Source: Eledone cirrhosa (taxonomy: Eukaryota). From it: a DNA stretch of 64,000 nucleotides. The DNA is taken from the NCBI GenBank assembly GCA_964016885.1, contig OZ024756.1, positions 11,718,001-11,782,000 of the forward strand. Reading direction: 5' to 3'. A program made the position numbers and the translations under genes. Each line of letters opens with the position of its first letter. Position 1 is the first letter of the stretch. Below the pieces are notes generated by a model that saw only the letters and a program-made list of their open reading frames with translations, did not search any database and was not told the origin of the DNA. Of the stretch, positions 1-11,696 are shown piece by piece.

Positions 1-422
1 GAGGGAGGGAGTGCTCTATGATTAAAGATAGTAATTCTAAACTGCCAACTATTGAAAGGTACGTAACACTGGTTCTTGGCAGAGTTGTTAAGATGTCAGA
101 TAGAATGCTTTACAGTATTCGTCCTATCTCATTGCGTGCTCTGAGTTAAAATCCCACCAGGGTAAACTTTTGGGGTTGATAAAAAAAAAAGTACCAGTCC
201 ACTACTGGGGTCAATTTTTCCTCTATAGAAAAAAATCGGCTGTGTTCAGACCTGGAGAAGGTTGGGCTCCACCAGGTTTAAATGTGTCCTAGACACACCG
301 TTTGATGGTGTCTCTATGACTCCACAAGGAGTTATGAGATCTCTATCTTCTAAATCATTTGACTGTGTCAATATTGAAACCTTCTCGTTGTTTGGTTGTG
401 TTGAGAGAGAAATGAAATGATT

Positions 423-615
423 AATAATTGTTTCTATTTTTGGCACAAGGCCAGCAATTATCCCAGTGTATTACTGGTACTTTATTTTATCGACCCTGTA
501 AGGATGAAAGGCAAAGCTAACCTCGGCGAGATTTGAACTCAGACTATAAAGGGCCATAACTCTATGCTGCAAAGCATAACGTCTGACCTTCCACCGATAG
601 TGACAATCTACCAAT
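423..615 (-). mobile_element. tRNA-derived SINE family A (Nin/Deu-domain-like core)
   Basis: Reverse complement has a B-box-like GAGTTCAAATC and the core GCCTTTCATCCTTAC(A/G)GGGTCGATAAAATAAAGTACCAG, with tail GGCCTTGTGCCAAAAATAGAAACAATT. More than 15 copies in the window. Confidence 0.85.
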
Positions 616-645
616 ATAATATATAATTAAATGGTGATGACAGTA

Positions 646-1471
646 GCCACCACCACTACAACCACCACCACCACCACCTCCATCACCATCACCACCTCCA
701 TCACCACTACCACCAACACCATCATCACCACAACCATCACCACCTCCACCTCCATCACCACCACCACTACAACCACCAGCACCACCACTACAACCACCAT
801 TACCACCACCACTACAACCACCACCACCACCACCACTACAACCACCACCACAACCACCACTACAACCACCACCACAACCATCACCACCACCATCCCCACC
901 ACCACTACAACCACCACCACCACTACAACCACCACCACCACCACTACCACCACCACTACAACCACCACCACCACAACCACCACCACCACTACCTTCACCA
1001 CCATCACCACCTCCATCACCACTACAACCACCGCCACCACTACCGCCACCATCACCATAACCACCTCCATCACCAACACCACCACTACAACCACCACCAC
1101 AACCACCACTACAACCACCACCACAACCATCACTACAACCACCACCACCACCACTACAACCACCATCACCACCACCATCACCACCACTACCACCACAACC
1201 ATCACCACCACCACTACAACCACCATCACCACCACCACTACAACCACAACCATCACCACCACCACTACAACCACCACCACCACCACTACCACCACAACCA
1301 TCACCACCACCACTACAACCACCACCACAACCATCACCACCACCACTACAACCACAACCATCACCATCACTACAACCACCACCACCACTACCACCACCAC
1401 CACCACTACAACCACCATCACCACCACCACCACCACCGCCACCATCACCATAACCACCTCCACCACCACCA
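646..1471. repeat. (ACC/ACT/ACA)n trinucleotide low-complexity tract
   Basis: Visible imperfect CAC/CAT/TAC repeats. The poly-T and poly-V ORFs are artefacts. Confidence 0.95.
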
Positions 1472-1736
1472 CTTATTTTGTTTCTGTTATTTTAAATTTC
1501 CAATCTTGCAAATACTGATCAATACTTACATATATTGAAGTGTTCTGATATTGTACTGCTAGATAAGAACAAAGTAGGTGTAAACAAGTGTGTGTTTACT
1601 TTATACCTCATTTGATGTCTGTAGTTAGAATCTAATTGGGAAGAGGAGTTTCTCTGCTTTTATAGTCAAATGTCGTGTTTTATTTTAAATACACAGTCAA
1701 ATTACTAAACTTCATTTGCAGCAACACAAACTCAAG

Positions 1737-1800
<64 letters not shown>

Positions 1801-1843
1801 GAAAGGTATAGAAAACACTGCAGCGAAAAGCCAACAGCACTCC

Positions 1844-1896
<53 letters not shown>

Positions 1897-1900
<4 letters not shown>

Positions 1901-2172
1901 GATATTAATAAATGGAAACTATATTTATAAAACCATATTTATTTCATTATACATATTTCAGGGATACCAAATTAAATTATGGTATGCCTTCATCAGACAA
2001 AATACAATGTATAACAGTTTTACAAATAAGCTTTGACGTACCCTTTTAAAATGCGACCATTATTTTTGGAAGCCATATATCGTATATCTACTCCAAATAC
2101 TTGTCGAGTGCTTTATATCAGTTATAAAAATATTTACTTGTTGTATCCCAACAATTTTAAATAGAACTTTTG
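1897..2172. mobile_element. Penelope-like pLTR fragment with internal 5' inversion, in (TA)n
   Basis: 1905-2075 is homologous in reverse complement to 49310-49480, while 2080-2172 is homologous in direct orientation to 49480-49570. Contains a hammerhead motif. Confidence 0.65.
1940..2004 (-). ncRNA. Minimal type I hammerhead ribozyme motif
   Basis: Minus strand: tattttgt-CTGATGA-aggcatacca..tggtatccct-GAAA-tatgta-TA|atgaaata. Helices I and II pair (with G-U). Confidence 0.7.
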
Positions 2173-2242
2173 CATATATATATATATATATATATAAATG
2201 AAAGGTATAGAAAACACTGCAGCGAAAAGCCAACAGCACTCC

Positions 2243-2294
<52 letters not shown>

Positions 2295-2313
2295 TATATC
2301 TATCTATCTATCT

Positions 2314-2510
2314 AAGGCAGGTAAAATTCCCGAGATCCATGGACGAGTTCTCTCCAGCGGTCTCTGTCCCCCATTATCGCTGCCATGTCCTGCGTCTCCA
2401 ACAGACCAGTGTCTGTCCTTAGGGCATCAACATACGTTAACCTTGGTCTTCCTCTTCTAGTGTGTCCATGTAGGGGCTCCCAAAGGAGCACTGAGTGCAA
2501 TGTCAACTCT
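2314..2510 (-). mobile_element. RTE-clade LINE 3' fragment (third RTE family)
   Basis: VLLWEPLHGHTRRGRPRLTYVDALRTDTG..DRDRWRELV, a typical RTE ORF C-terminus. Confidence 0.8.
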
Positions 2511-2697
2511 GGATGTCAGTGAGCATGTCCAGCTAACCTCAGTCTCCTCTGTGTCACTTTTGAGCTGACTTATGGGATGCTCCCATACAGCTCTGAGTTT
2601 ATATATATATATATAACGATGGAAATGTGGTAAGGAACCAGATGGACCATAACGCACCAAAGTACTCAATACTTAGGGTAGTAGAATGGGTAATAGC

Positions 2698-2803
2698 AAC
2701 AAGTATGACCCCGACGGCAGAGCTCAAGCCGTTTCGACGGAATTAACCGTCCAGAATTACCCGTCGAAACGGCTTGAGCTCTGCCGTCGGGGTCGTACTT
2801 GTT
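2698..2803. repeat. Fold-back inverted repeat (~43-bp arms) of a hammerhead 3' half
   Basis: aacaagtatgaccccgacggcagagctcaagccgtttcgacgg / ccgtcgaaacggcttgagctctgccgtcggggtcgtacttgtt. Each arm reads GAAA-cggc..gccg-TC. Confidence 0.85.
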
Positions 2804-2814
2804 CCTATAGATAT

Positions 2815-3973
2815 AGATTGATTGTCTTGCTCGCATAGGACTGTCTGGCAGGTTTTCTACAGTTGGATGCCCTTCCTAAAACCAACCACATTTACAGTGT
2901 GGGTCTGGGAGGTTTTTACCGTGTTGCCTACACGGCCACATTACAGCGTGGACTGTGTGTTTTTTTGTCGTGACACCTACACGATCTCATTTGTTTCGGC
3001 CTGGATGGTGTGGCACCAACATAACTTTACATAGAAGGGGGCGGTGTGGATGGGGTGGGGGTGGTGGGACGGGGGTGTATTTTGTTAGAGATGCCTACTG
3101 ACTGTAGTAGGTTTTACTTTGTATTTAGGTAAGGCGGGTCTTCTCTATTACTGAGTATCGCCAAAGGTCTCGGTCCAGTGACATTGTCTTGGTGAGGTGT
3201 AAGTGTGTGAGGTCGGAGTGTATCAGCTCGTCCCAGGTTTTTCTGGGTCTGCCTATTCCGTGGCTACCGTCTATCTTTATTGCCCTGCACTTTGTTATAC
3301 AGCTATCGTCCTTCATGCGCATCACGTGACCATACCAACGTAGCCTTCTCTCTAGTAAACAACATCTGATCCCTCTTATTTCTAATTTTTTCCTTAGTTC
3401 GTTTATGCTTTGTCGTTCACGTATATTACTATTACACATCCAGCGGAGCATGCAAGCTTCGTTTCTCTCTAGTCTGCGTATATCCTCTGCACACAATGCC
3501 CAGGTCTCACTGCCATGCAACATTGCTGTTCGTATGCAGGCATCATACAGCCTGCCTTTCGTTTTTAGAGAGAACCCTTTAGCGGCTAATAGTGGTATAA
3601 GCTTTCTGAACTTTTTCCACCCAGTTCTGACTCTAGCTACTGTACTTTCAGAGCACCCTCCCCCACTGCTGATTTTGTCACCCAGGTAACGGAAGCTGTC
3701 CACTATTTCTATAGAATCCTCTGCGCAGTTGAAAGAGCTAGTATTTTGTGGGCACTTGCTGCTACTTATTGCCCCAGAACACCGGCCACATGTAAAATCT
3801 ATGTTCTTAGTTAGCTTACCTGTGATCCCACTACATCTTTTATGAACCCAAACTTTGCATTTGGGACACAAAATGGAATTTCTACCTACGCCTTTCCTAC
3901 ACTCTGCGCATGGCCACTTCCCGGAGGGGACCGCCACCTTATTTTCTTTCTTACAAACTAGAACTTTAGTCAT
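2815..3973 (-). mobile_element. RTE LINE, 5'-truncated (PHD-like finger family), with 3' UTR
   Basis: ORF 3125-3973: Cys/His finger, FRYLG thumb, [22 protein letters not shown]. The 3' UTR carries the AGGAAGGGCATCCA motif. Confidence 0.92.
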
Positions 3974-4003
3974 ATATATATATAATCATTTTAAGTCCGT
4001 GTA

Positions 4004-4048
<45 letters not shown>

Positions 4049-4284
4049 CTGTATGTATACATATATATATGTGTGTGTTTGTATGTGTATATATATATAT
4101 GTATATATGTGTGTCTGTACGTATACATATATATATATGTGTGAATGTGTGAATATGTGTGTGTGTGTATGTGTATATATATGTATATATGTGTGTATAT
4201 ATATGTATATATACACACACATATATACATATATATATATATACTGAATACATGGTATATATATATATATATAATCATTTTAAG

Positions 4285-4325
<41 letters not shown>

Positions 4326-4376
4326 AAATATATGTGTGTCTGTACATATACATATATATATATGTGTGTGTGTGTG

Positions 4377-4411
<35 letters not shown>

Positions 4412-4482
4412 GTGTCTGTACGTATACATATATATATATATGTGTGAATGTGTGAATATATATGTCTGTGTGTATGTGTATA

Positions 4483-4520
<38 letters not shown>

Positions 4521-4674
4521 ATCATCATCGTATGTATATATATGCATATATATACACACACATATATACATATATATATACTGAATACATGGTAATGGTG
4601 AGGCAATTCTGTTGATGGGACTATGCTGATGTCCATAGTATTCATGAGTGTTTGTGTGTGTGTATATATATATA

Positions 4675-6775
4675 TAACAATAATGAAATTATTGTGTACA
4701 GTTCTCAGGTGCACTACAACTCATCAAAAGGTGCATGTATAGTACATAGAATAATGAACAAATGTCAGAAAAGTAAACAGTGTACAAGTCATGAAATACA
4801 TGTGTGTGTGTATGGAGGGGAGGAAGCCTGGAGGTTTTAAAGGATGCAGTGTCCCGACAGCTAACAACTGATGCAGGGAGTTTGTTCCATGGAGGTTTTA
4901 AAGGATGCAGTGTCCTGACAGCTAACAACTGATGCAGGTAGTTTGTTCCATGGAGGTTTTAAAGGATGCAGTGTCTCGACAGCTAACAACTGATGCAGGG
5001 GGTTCGTTCCATGGAGGTTTTAAAGGATGCAGTGTCTCGACAGCTAACAACTGATGCAGGTAGTTTGTTCCATGGAGGTTTTAAAGGATGCAGTGTCTCG
5101 ACAGCTAACAGCTGATGCAGGTAGTTTGTTCCATGGAGGTTTTAAAGGATGCAGTGTCTCGACAGCTAACAACTGATGCAGGGAGTTTGTTCCATGGAGG
5201 TTTTAAAGGATGCAGTGTCCCGACAGCTAACAACTGATGCAGGGAGTTTGTTCCATGGAGGTTTTAAAGGATGCAGTGTCCCGACAGCTAACAACTGATG
5301 CAGGTAGTTTGTTCCATGGAGGTTTTAAAGGATGCAGTGTCTCAACAGCTAACAACTGATGCAGGTAGTTTGTTCCATGGAGGTTTTAAAAGATGCAGTG
5401 TCTCGACAGCTAACAGCTGATGCAGGTAGTTTGTTCCATGGAGGTTTTAAAGGATGCAGTGTTCCGACAGCTAACAACCGATGCAGGGAGTTTGTTCCAT
5501 GGAGGTTTTAAAGGATGCAGTGTCTCGACAGCTAACAACTGATGCAGGGAGTTTGTTCCATGGAGGTTTTAAAGGATGCAGTGTCCCGACAGCTAACAAC
5601 TGATGCAGGTAGTTTGTTCCATGGAGGTTTTAAAGGATGCAGTGTCTCAACAGCTAACAACTGATGCAGATAGTTTGTTCCATGGAGGTTTTAAAGGATG
5701 CAGTGTCTCGACAGCTAACAGCTGATGCAGGTAGTTTATTCCATGGAGGTTTTAAAGGATGCAGTGTCTCGACAGCTAACAACTGATGCAGGGAGTTTGT
5801 TCCATGGAGGTTTTAAAGGATGCAGTGTCTCGACAGCTAATAACTGATGCAGGTAGTTTGTTCCAAGGAGGTTTTAAAGGATGCAGTGTCTCGACAGCTA
5901 ACAACTGATGCAGGTAGTTTCTTCCATGGAGGTTTTAAAGGATGCAGTGTCCCGACGGCTAACAACTGATGCAGGTAGTTTGTTCCAAGGAGGTTTTAAA
6001 GGATGCAGTGTCTCGACAGCTAATAACTGATGCAGGTAGTTTGTTCCAAGGAGGTTTTAAAGGATGCAGTATCTCGACAGCTAACAACTGATGCAGGTAG
6101 TTTGTTCCATGCTTCAGCAACTCTGAGCGTGAAAAAATGTTTCAGAAAGTCACGGGAGCTGTACTCTTTTCTGACTTTGTTGGCATGTCCACGGGTGTTA
6201 GACACATGGAATTCAAAAAGGTGCTCAGGGTTGTTGTTGGCAATATAGTTAATAATTTTGTGGGTGTCAGTTTTCCTCCCAAAATGCATGGTGGTACACT
6301 TGTCCACAGCCAGCTTGAGTTGCCACTCCGTGATCTATTGCTGCATTGTGTCCAGGTCTGATTGCAGGAAAGATGTATAGTGATCAGGATCTGTTCTTTT
6401 TATCTCAAGGTACAGCTTGATGTTATCTACATAGTTCCGCACTGGTATTCTTTAATTTGGTATCAATGTCATTAATGTATGCCACAAACAAAAGGGGGTC
6501 AAAAACAGATCCCTGTGGTACACCAAATGACATCTCATAGGATGAAGAATGCTGTCCTAGAACTGTGACTTTTTCTTTTCGTCTGAGAATGAAGGGTTTC
6601 ATCCAGTTACAAAGAACACCTCTCACACCCATTGCAGAGAATTTTGCCATAAGTCTTTTGTGTGGCATAGAATGAAAAGCTTTAGCAAAGTCAAGATAAA
6701 AAACATTCACCCACGAGACAACCATTAGTGATCCGGGTAATGTCTTCAAGAAAGTTGATGAGTTGATCACAGCAG
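4675..6775 (-). mobile_element. CR1/L2-group LINE, truncated and decayed
   Basis: DFAKAF, GVPQGS..PLLFVAYINDI, TRGH..K, FFTLRVAEAWNKLP. Homologous to 63259-64000. Confidence 0.9.
4830..6110. repeat. Minisatellite, 21 x 61 bp, derived from the CR1 ORF2 C-terminus
   Basis: Unit ggaggttttaaaggatgcagtgtctcgacagctaacaactgatgcaggtagtttgttccat. Period 61 counted. Confidence 0.97.
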
Positions 6776-6779
6776 CAGC

Positions 6780-6810
<31 letters not shown>

Positions 6811-6837
6811 TATATATAGAGATTTGTGTGTATAATG

Positions 6838-7005
6838 ATAATTGTTTCTACTTTTGGCATAAGGCCAGCACATATCCAGTGCATTACTGGTACATTATTT
6901 TATCGACCCCGTAAGGATGAAAGGCAAAGTTAACCCTGGCGGGATTTGAACTCAGCTTGGAAAGGTTCTGTAACTCTCTGCGTCAAAGCATGGCGTCCGA
7001 CCCTC
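6838..7005 (-). mobile_element. SINE family A copy
   Basis: Same core and B-box as 423-615. Confidence 0.85.
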
Positions 7006-7025
7006 TAAACAAAAGACAGTTACTT

Positions 7026-7194
7026 TAGACCATCCCAATTATTTTATTATATGTATTTCGAAGATGTAAGGTTTATGTATGACATAATCCAAAACATGTT
7101 CTCTTCAGACAAAATCCACTGGAGATTTAGAACCCAGTGAATTTTGCCTTGCATCTTTGAAATACGTATAATAGAATAAATTGAAATGGTCTAA
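7026..7194. repeat. Inverted repeat (~46-bp arms) enclosing a hammerhead motif; Penelope-like remnant
   Basis: ttagaccatcccaatt...gatgtaagg / ccttgcatc...aatggtctaa. Confidence 0.75.
7041..7115 (-). ncRNA. Minimal hammerhead ribozyme motif
   Basis: Minus strand: attttgt-CTGAAGA-gaacatgt..acatcttc-GAAA-tacata-TA|ataaaat. Confidence 0.7.
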
Positions 7195-7196
7195 TT

Positions 7197-7519
7197 CAGG
7201 GTTTCCCAACCTTTTTTTCAGCTAGCTCTCCCTTTGGGCGCACACTTTTTTTTATCAAACTTTCTTTATTCATTTTTGTTTTGGGGTTTCACTTTAAGGA
7301 CACCAGTTACACCTGGTACCAGGAATTCGCTTAGTGTTACCAAAGTGGAAAAATTTTGTTTTTGAATTTTTGAAAATTTGAAAGAAAAAAAAAATGGATA
7401 AAAACCCACCACCCACCTGAGTATATTCACCGTTCCCCAGATGAAATAAAAACTCCCAGTGCCTCCTTTCAACACAGCAGCACCCATAAGGGGGCTAGCA
7501 CCCACATTGAGAAACACTG
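7197..7519. mobile_element. hAT/Charlie-like MITE
   Basis: Termini CAGGGTTTCCCAACC...ATTGAGAAACACTG. Flanks gtctaatt/gtctagag resemble a decayed 8-bp TA-centred TSD. Confidence 0.5.
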
Positions 7520-7565
7520 GTCTAGAGTAAGTCTTTCGTTTATTATTATTAATATTATTAAAAAA

Positions 7566-7765
7566 GGGGCAGTGGATTGGCAGTATCGGTAGAGGGTCGG
7601 ACGCCATGCTTTGACGTATAGAGTTACGGCCCTTACCATTCTGAGTTCAAATCCCGGCGAGGTTAACTTTGCCTTTCATCCTTACGGGGTCGATAAAATC
7701 AAGTACCAATAATGCACTGGGTAATTGCTGGCCTTGTGCCAAACATAGAAACAATTATTCTTATT
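7566..7765 (+). mobile_element. SINE family A copy
   Basis: A box TGGCAGTATCGG, B box GAGTTCAAATC, Nin/Deu-like core. Confidence 0.88.
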
Positions 7766-7848
7766 ATAATAAAACTCTGGTTAAACATTTATTATTGAGT
7801 GCTTTATATATGTCAGCTGATTCTAAATCAACTGACTCTTTTCAATTG

Positions 7849-7889
<41 letters not shown>

Positions 7890-7893
<4 letters not shown>

Positions 7894-8090
7894 TCATCAT
7901 CATCATCATCATCAGGTTTAGCGTCCGTGTTCCACGCTTGCATGGGTTTGGACGGGGGTTTTCCCACTTGAGGCAAGAGTGGTTGTCTTGCTCGCATAGG
8001 ACTGTCTGGCGGGTTTTCTACAGTTGGATGCCCTTCCTAACACCAACCACATTTACAGTGTGGGGCTGGGAGGTTTTTACCGTGTTGCCT

Positions 8091-8097
<7 letters not shown>
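7890..8097 (-). mobile_element. RTE 3' UTR/tail fragment ending in (GAT)n
   Basis: Matches 2815-2940 and 41783-41990. A further degenerate copy lies at 8601-8765. Confidence 0.85.
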
Positions 8098-8124
<27 letters not shown>

Positions 8125-8131
<7 letters not shown>

Positions 8132-8478
8132 TGCCCCCTCGTTATCGAGTATGGCCATTGCACGATATACCATTATTTATAATTATTAATTAATTCTATC
8201 GCACAATGCCTGTGCGTGAAGATATTTTTTAAAGTGAGGAAAGACTGTGCACGGAGCCAATCCCACTCTCTGAGCGACAGTAGCTATAACCCGAAAAGAA
8301 GAAAAGATCATCATCATCGGTAACTACTGAGCCGCAGGTTTTATATTGGAGTTATCCCAGTTTCCTGAGTTGCCTTCTCCTAGAAGAATGCCCTGTCAAA
8401 GGCTAGGGGTCCTTCACTCCCAGTGGTTTAACCGTGCGATCGGGTTGCCAGCCCGACTATTTCTATGTCCCCGCGCAT
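8125..8478 (-). mobile_element. Bipartite non-autonomous RTE derivative
   Basis: Terminal gtgcaatggccatactcgataacgagggggcagccatc is identical to the 3' end of the long RTE (28349-28388). Body is homologous to 27870-28070. Confidence 0.75.
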
Positions 8479-8863
8479 ATACATACACATGCACCCATGT
8501 ATATACACATGTACATACATATGTACATGTGTATATACATATTTACACACTTTTGGATGGCCGTTGACTCTTATGAGTTTTTCCACCCTTTGTATATATA
8601 TATCATCATCATCATCTTTAACGTCCATTTTCCACGCTAGCATCGGTTAGACGGGAGTTGTCCCATTTGAGGCAAGGCTGGTTGGGTGACCGTGTCTCGC
8701 TCATATAGGACTATCTGGCAGGTTTTCTACGGTTGGATGCCCTTCCTAACACCAACCACATTTACATATATATATATATATATATATATTTATATTTTTT
8801 AAATTTATTTGTGTGTTTGTCGTTTTTCTATTTGTGTGTTGCAAAACAAATTAAAAAACAACG

Positions 8864-8905
<42 letters not shown>

Positions 8906-9300
8906 GTCTCTGTGTGTGCGTGCCTGATGTTAATGTCTTCATATTGACCCCATTTGGGAAAATAAGCAAGCAGTGACGTTTGTTTATGTCCTACATAAAC
9001 ATACCTTACAGTGTAGCAGTTTGACTGTCAGTGAGAGATGCCATACAATATGTCGGCATCAAGGAACTTACTCAAAAAAGTCTCATCTAACCCATACAAT
9101 CATGAAAAAAATTGATGTAAAACCAATGATGATGATGATGATGGCAGCAGAAAACACATACCTCTCAACTTTTATGTAAACACACACACTCACATTTATT
9201 TTATTTTCTACAAAATGGCTGACTGAATACATGTGTTTTTCCTCAAAAAAACATCATTTTCCCTTCTTCCCCCTTCTCACTCTCTATCTTTCTATTTCAT

Positions 9301-10082
9301 CTTTTATTTCTAACCCTATCTCCTGATGAAGGACTAGTGTTTGAAATGTTAAGACTCTTTTATTTCTAACCCTATCTCCTGATGAAGGACTAGTGTTTGA
9401 AATGTTAAGACTCTTTTATTTCTAACCCTATCTCCTGATGAAGGACTAGTGTTTGAAATGTTAAGACTCTTTTATTTCTAACCCTATCTCCTGATGAAGG
9501 ACTAGTGTTTGAAATGTTAAGACTCTTTTATTTCTAACCCTATCTCCTGATGAAGGACTAGTGTTTGAAATGTTAAGACTCTTTTATTTCTAACCCTATC
9601 TCCTGATGAAGGACTAGTGTTTGAAATGTTAAGACTCTTTTATTTCTAACCCTATCTCCTGATGAAGGACTAGTGTTTGAAATGTTAAGACTCTTTTATT
9701 TCTAACCCTATCTCCTGATGAAGGACTAGTGTTTGAAATGTTAAGACTCTTTTATTTCTAACCCTATCTCCTGATGAAGGACTAGTGTTTGAAATGTTAA
9801 GACTCTTTTATTTCTAACCCTATCTCCTGATGAAGGACTAGTGTTTGAAATGTTAAGACTCTTTTATTTCTAACCCTATCTCCTGATGAAGGACTAGTGT
9901 TTGAAATGTTAAGACTCTTTTATTTCTAACCCTATCTCCTGATGAAGGACTAGTGTTTGAAATGTTAAGACTCTTTTATTTCTAACCCTATCTCCTGATG
10001 AAGGACTAGTGTTTGAAATGTTAAGACTTTTATTTCTAACTCTCTCTCCTGATGAAGGACTAGTGTTTGAAATGTTAAGACT
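9301..10082 (+). repeat. Satellite, 14 x 56 bp, each unit carrying a degenerate hammerhead core
   Basis: Unit cttttatttctaaccctatctc-CTGATGA-aggactagtgttt-GAAA-tgttaagact. Copies are near-identical. Confidence 0.95.
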
Positions 10083-10169
10083 ATTTTCCTACTATAACAA
10101 GTGTTAAACTAATATATATTTCTTTATTGTACTGTGTTGTTTGCTTTGTTTCTGTTTACTTTTTGTACA

Positions 10170-10890
10170 CACACCCACACGTGTGTGTGGGTGTGTATAG
10201 GTTTATATAATGTGTGTGTGTGTATGTGTTTATATAAATATATATGTGTATGTGTTTATATAAATATATATACATATGTGTGTGTTTATAAATGGAATAG
10301 AATGAAACAAAATTTCAATATATATATATGTGTTTATATAAATATATATATATATGTGTTTATATAAATATATATATATATGTGTGTGTATTTATATAAA
10401 TATGTGTGTTTATATAAATATGTGTATGTGTTTATATAAATATATATATGTGTGTGTGTGTTTATGTATTTATATAAATATATATGTGTGTTTAAATATA
10501 TATATATATATATATGTGTGTTTATATAAATATATATATATATGTATGTGTTTATATAAATATATATGTGTGTGTTTATATAAATATATATGTGTATGTG
10601 TTTATATAAATATGTGTGTTTATATAAATATATATATGTGTATGTGTTTATATAAATATATGTGTGTGTGTGTGTGTTTATATAAATATGTGTGTGTGTG
10701 TGTTTATATAAATATATGTGTGTGTGTGTGTGTGTGTGTTTATAAATATGTGTGTGTGTGTGTTTATATAAATATGTGTGTGTGTGTGTGTTTATATAAA
10801 TATATATGTGTGTGTGTTTATATAAATGTGTGTGTGTGTGTTTATATAAATATATGTGTGTGTGTTTATAAATATGTGTGTGTGTGTGTT

Positions 10891-10929
<39 letters not shown>

Positions 10930-10948
10930 ATAAATATGTGTGTGTGTT

Positions 10949-10987
<39 letters not shown>

Positions 10988-11045
10988 ATATATATATGTG
11001 TGTGTGTGTGTGTGTTTATATATATATGTGTGTGTGTGTGTGTGA
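10170..11045. repeat. Compound (TG)/(TA) microsatellite with TTTATATAAA motif
   Basis: Directly visible. Confidence 0.9.
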
Positions 11046-11139
11046 TTTAAAGAAGAGAAGAATTCTATCTATTACTGCTGATGATGACATGTCTTTAGTT
11101 CTTCAGCTAATGGTAGAATGTCTTTCTGTTGGGTTATAC

Positions 11140-11385
11140 ATACATCACACATTGATATGTGTATATAAAAATACATACATCACACATTGATATGTGTATA
11201 TACATATACATACATCACACATTGATATGTGTATATACATATACATACATCACACATTGATATGTGTATATACATATACATACATCACACATTGATATGT
11301 GTATATACATATACATACATCACACATTGATATGTGTATATACATATACATACATCACACATTGATATGTGTATATATACATAGA
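11140..11385. repeat. Minisatellite, ~7 x 35 bp
   Basis: Unit tacatcacacattgatatgtgtatatacatataca. Confidence 0.9.
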
Positions 11386-11389
11386 TATG

Positions 11390-11663
11390 TGTATATACAC
11401 ACACATACATACATACACATATAGACTGACACACACATAATATACACACACACATACATACACACACATACACACACATACATACACACACATACATACC
11501 CACACATACATACACACACATATATACACACATACCCACACATACATACATACATACACATACATACACACACACATACACACACACACACATATACATA
11601 CACATACATACATACACAGATACACACACATACATACATACACACCCATACACACACATACAT

Positions 11664-11696
<33 letters not shown>

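Noticed and set aside
246-446. 66-aa ORF
   Set aside because: Starts within a SINE tail; no recognisable motif.
627-1518. Mucin-like poly-Thr/poly-Val ORFs (also 12095, 21883, 39660, 46535)
   Set aside because: Pure trinucleotide repeats open on both strands, with no splice or signal context.
9301-10082. CRISPR-like array (also 4830, 41891)
   Set aside because: Units are contiguous with no unique spacers; eukaryotic context, no cas genes.
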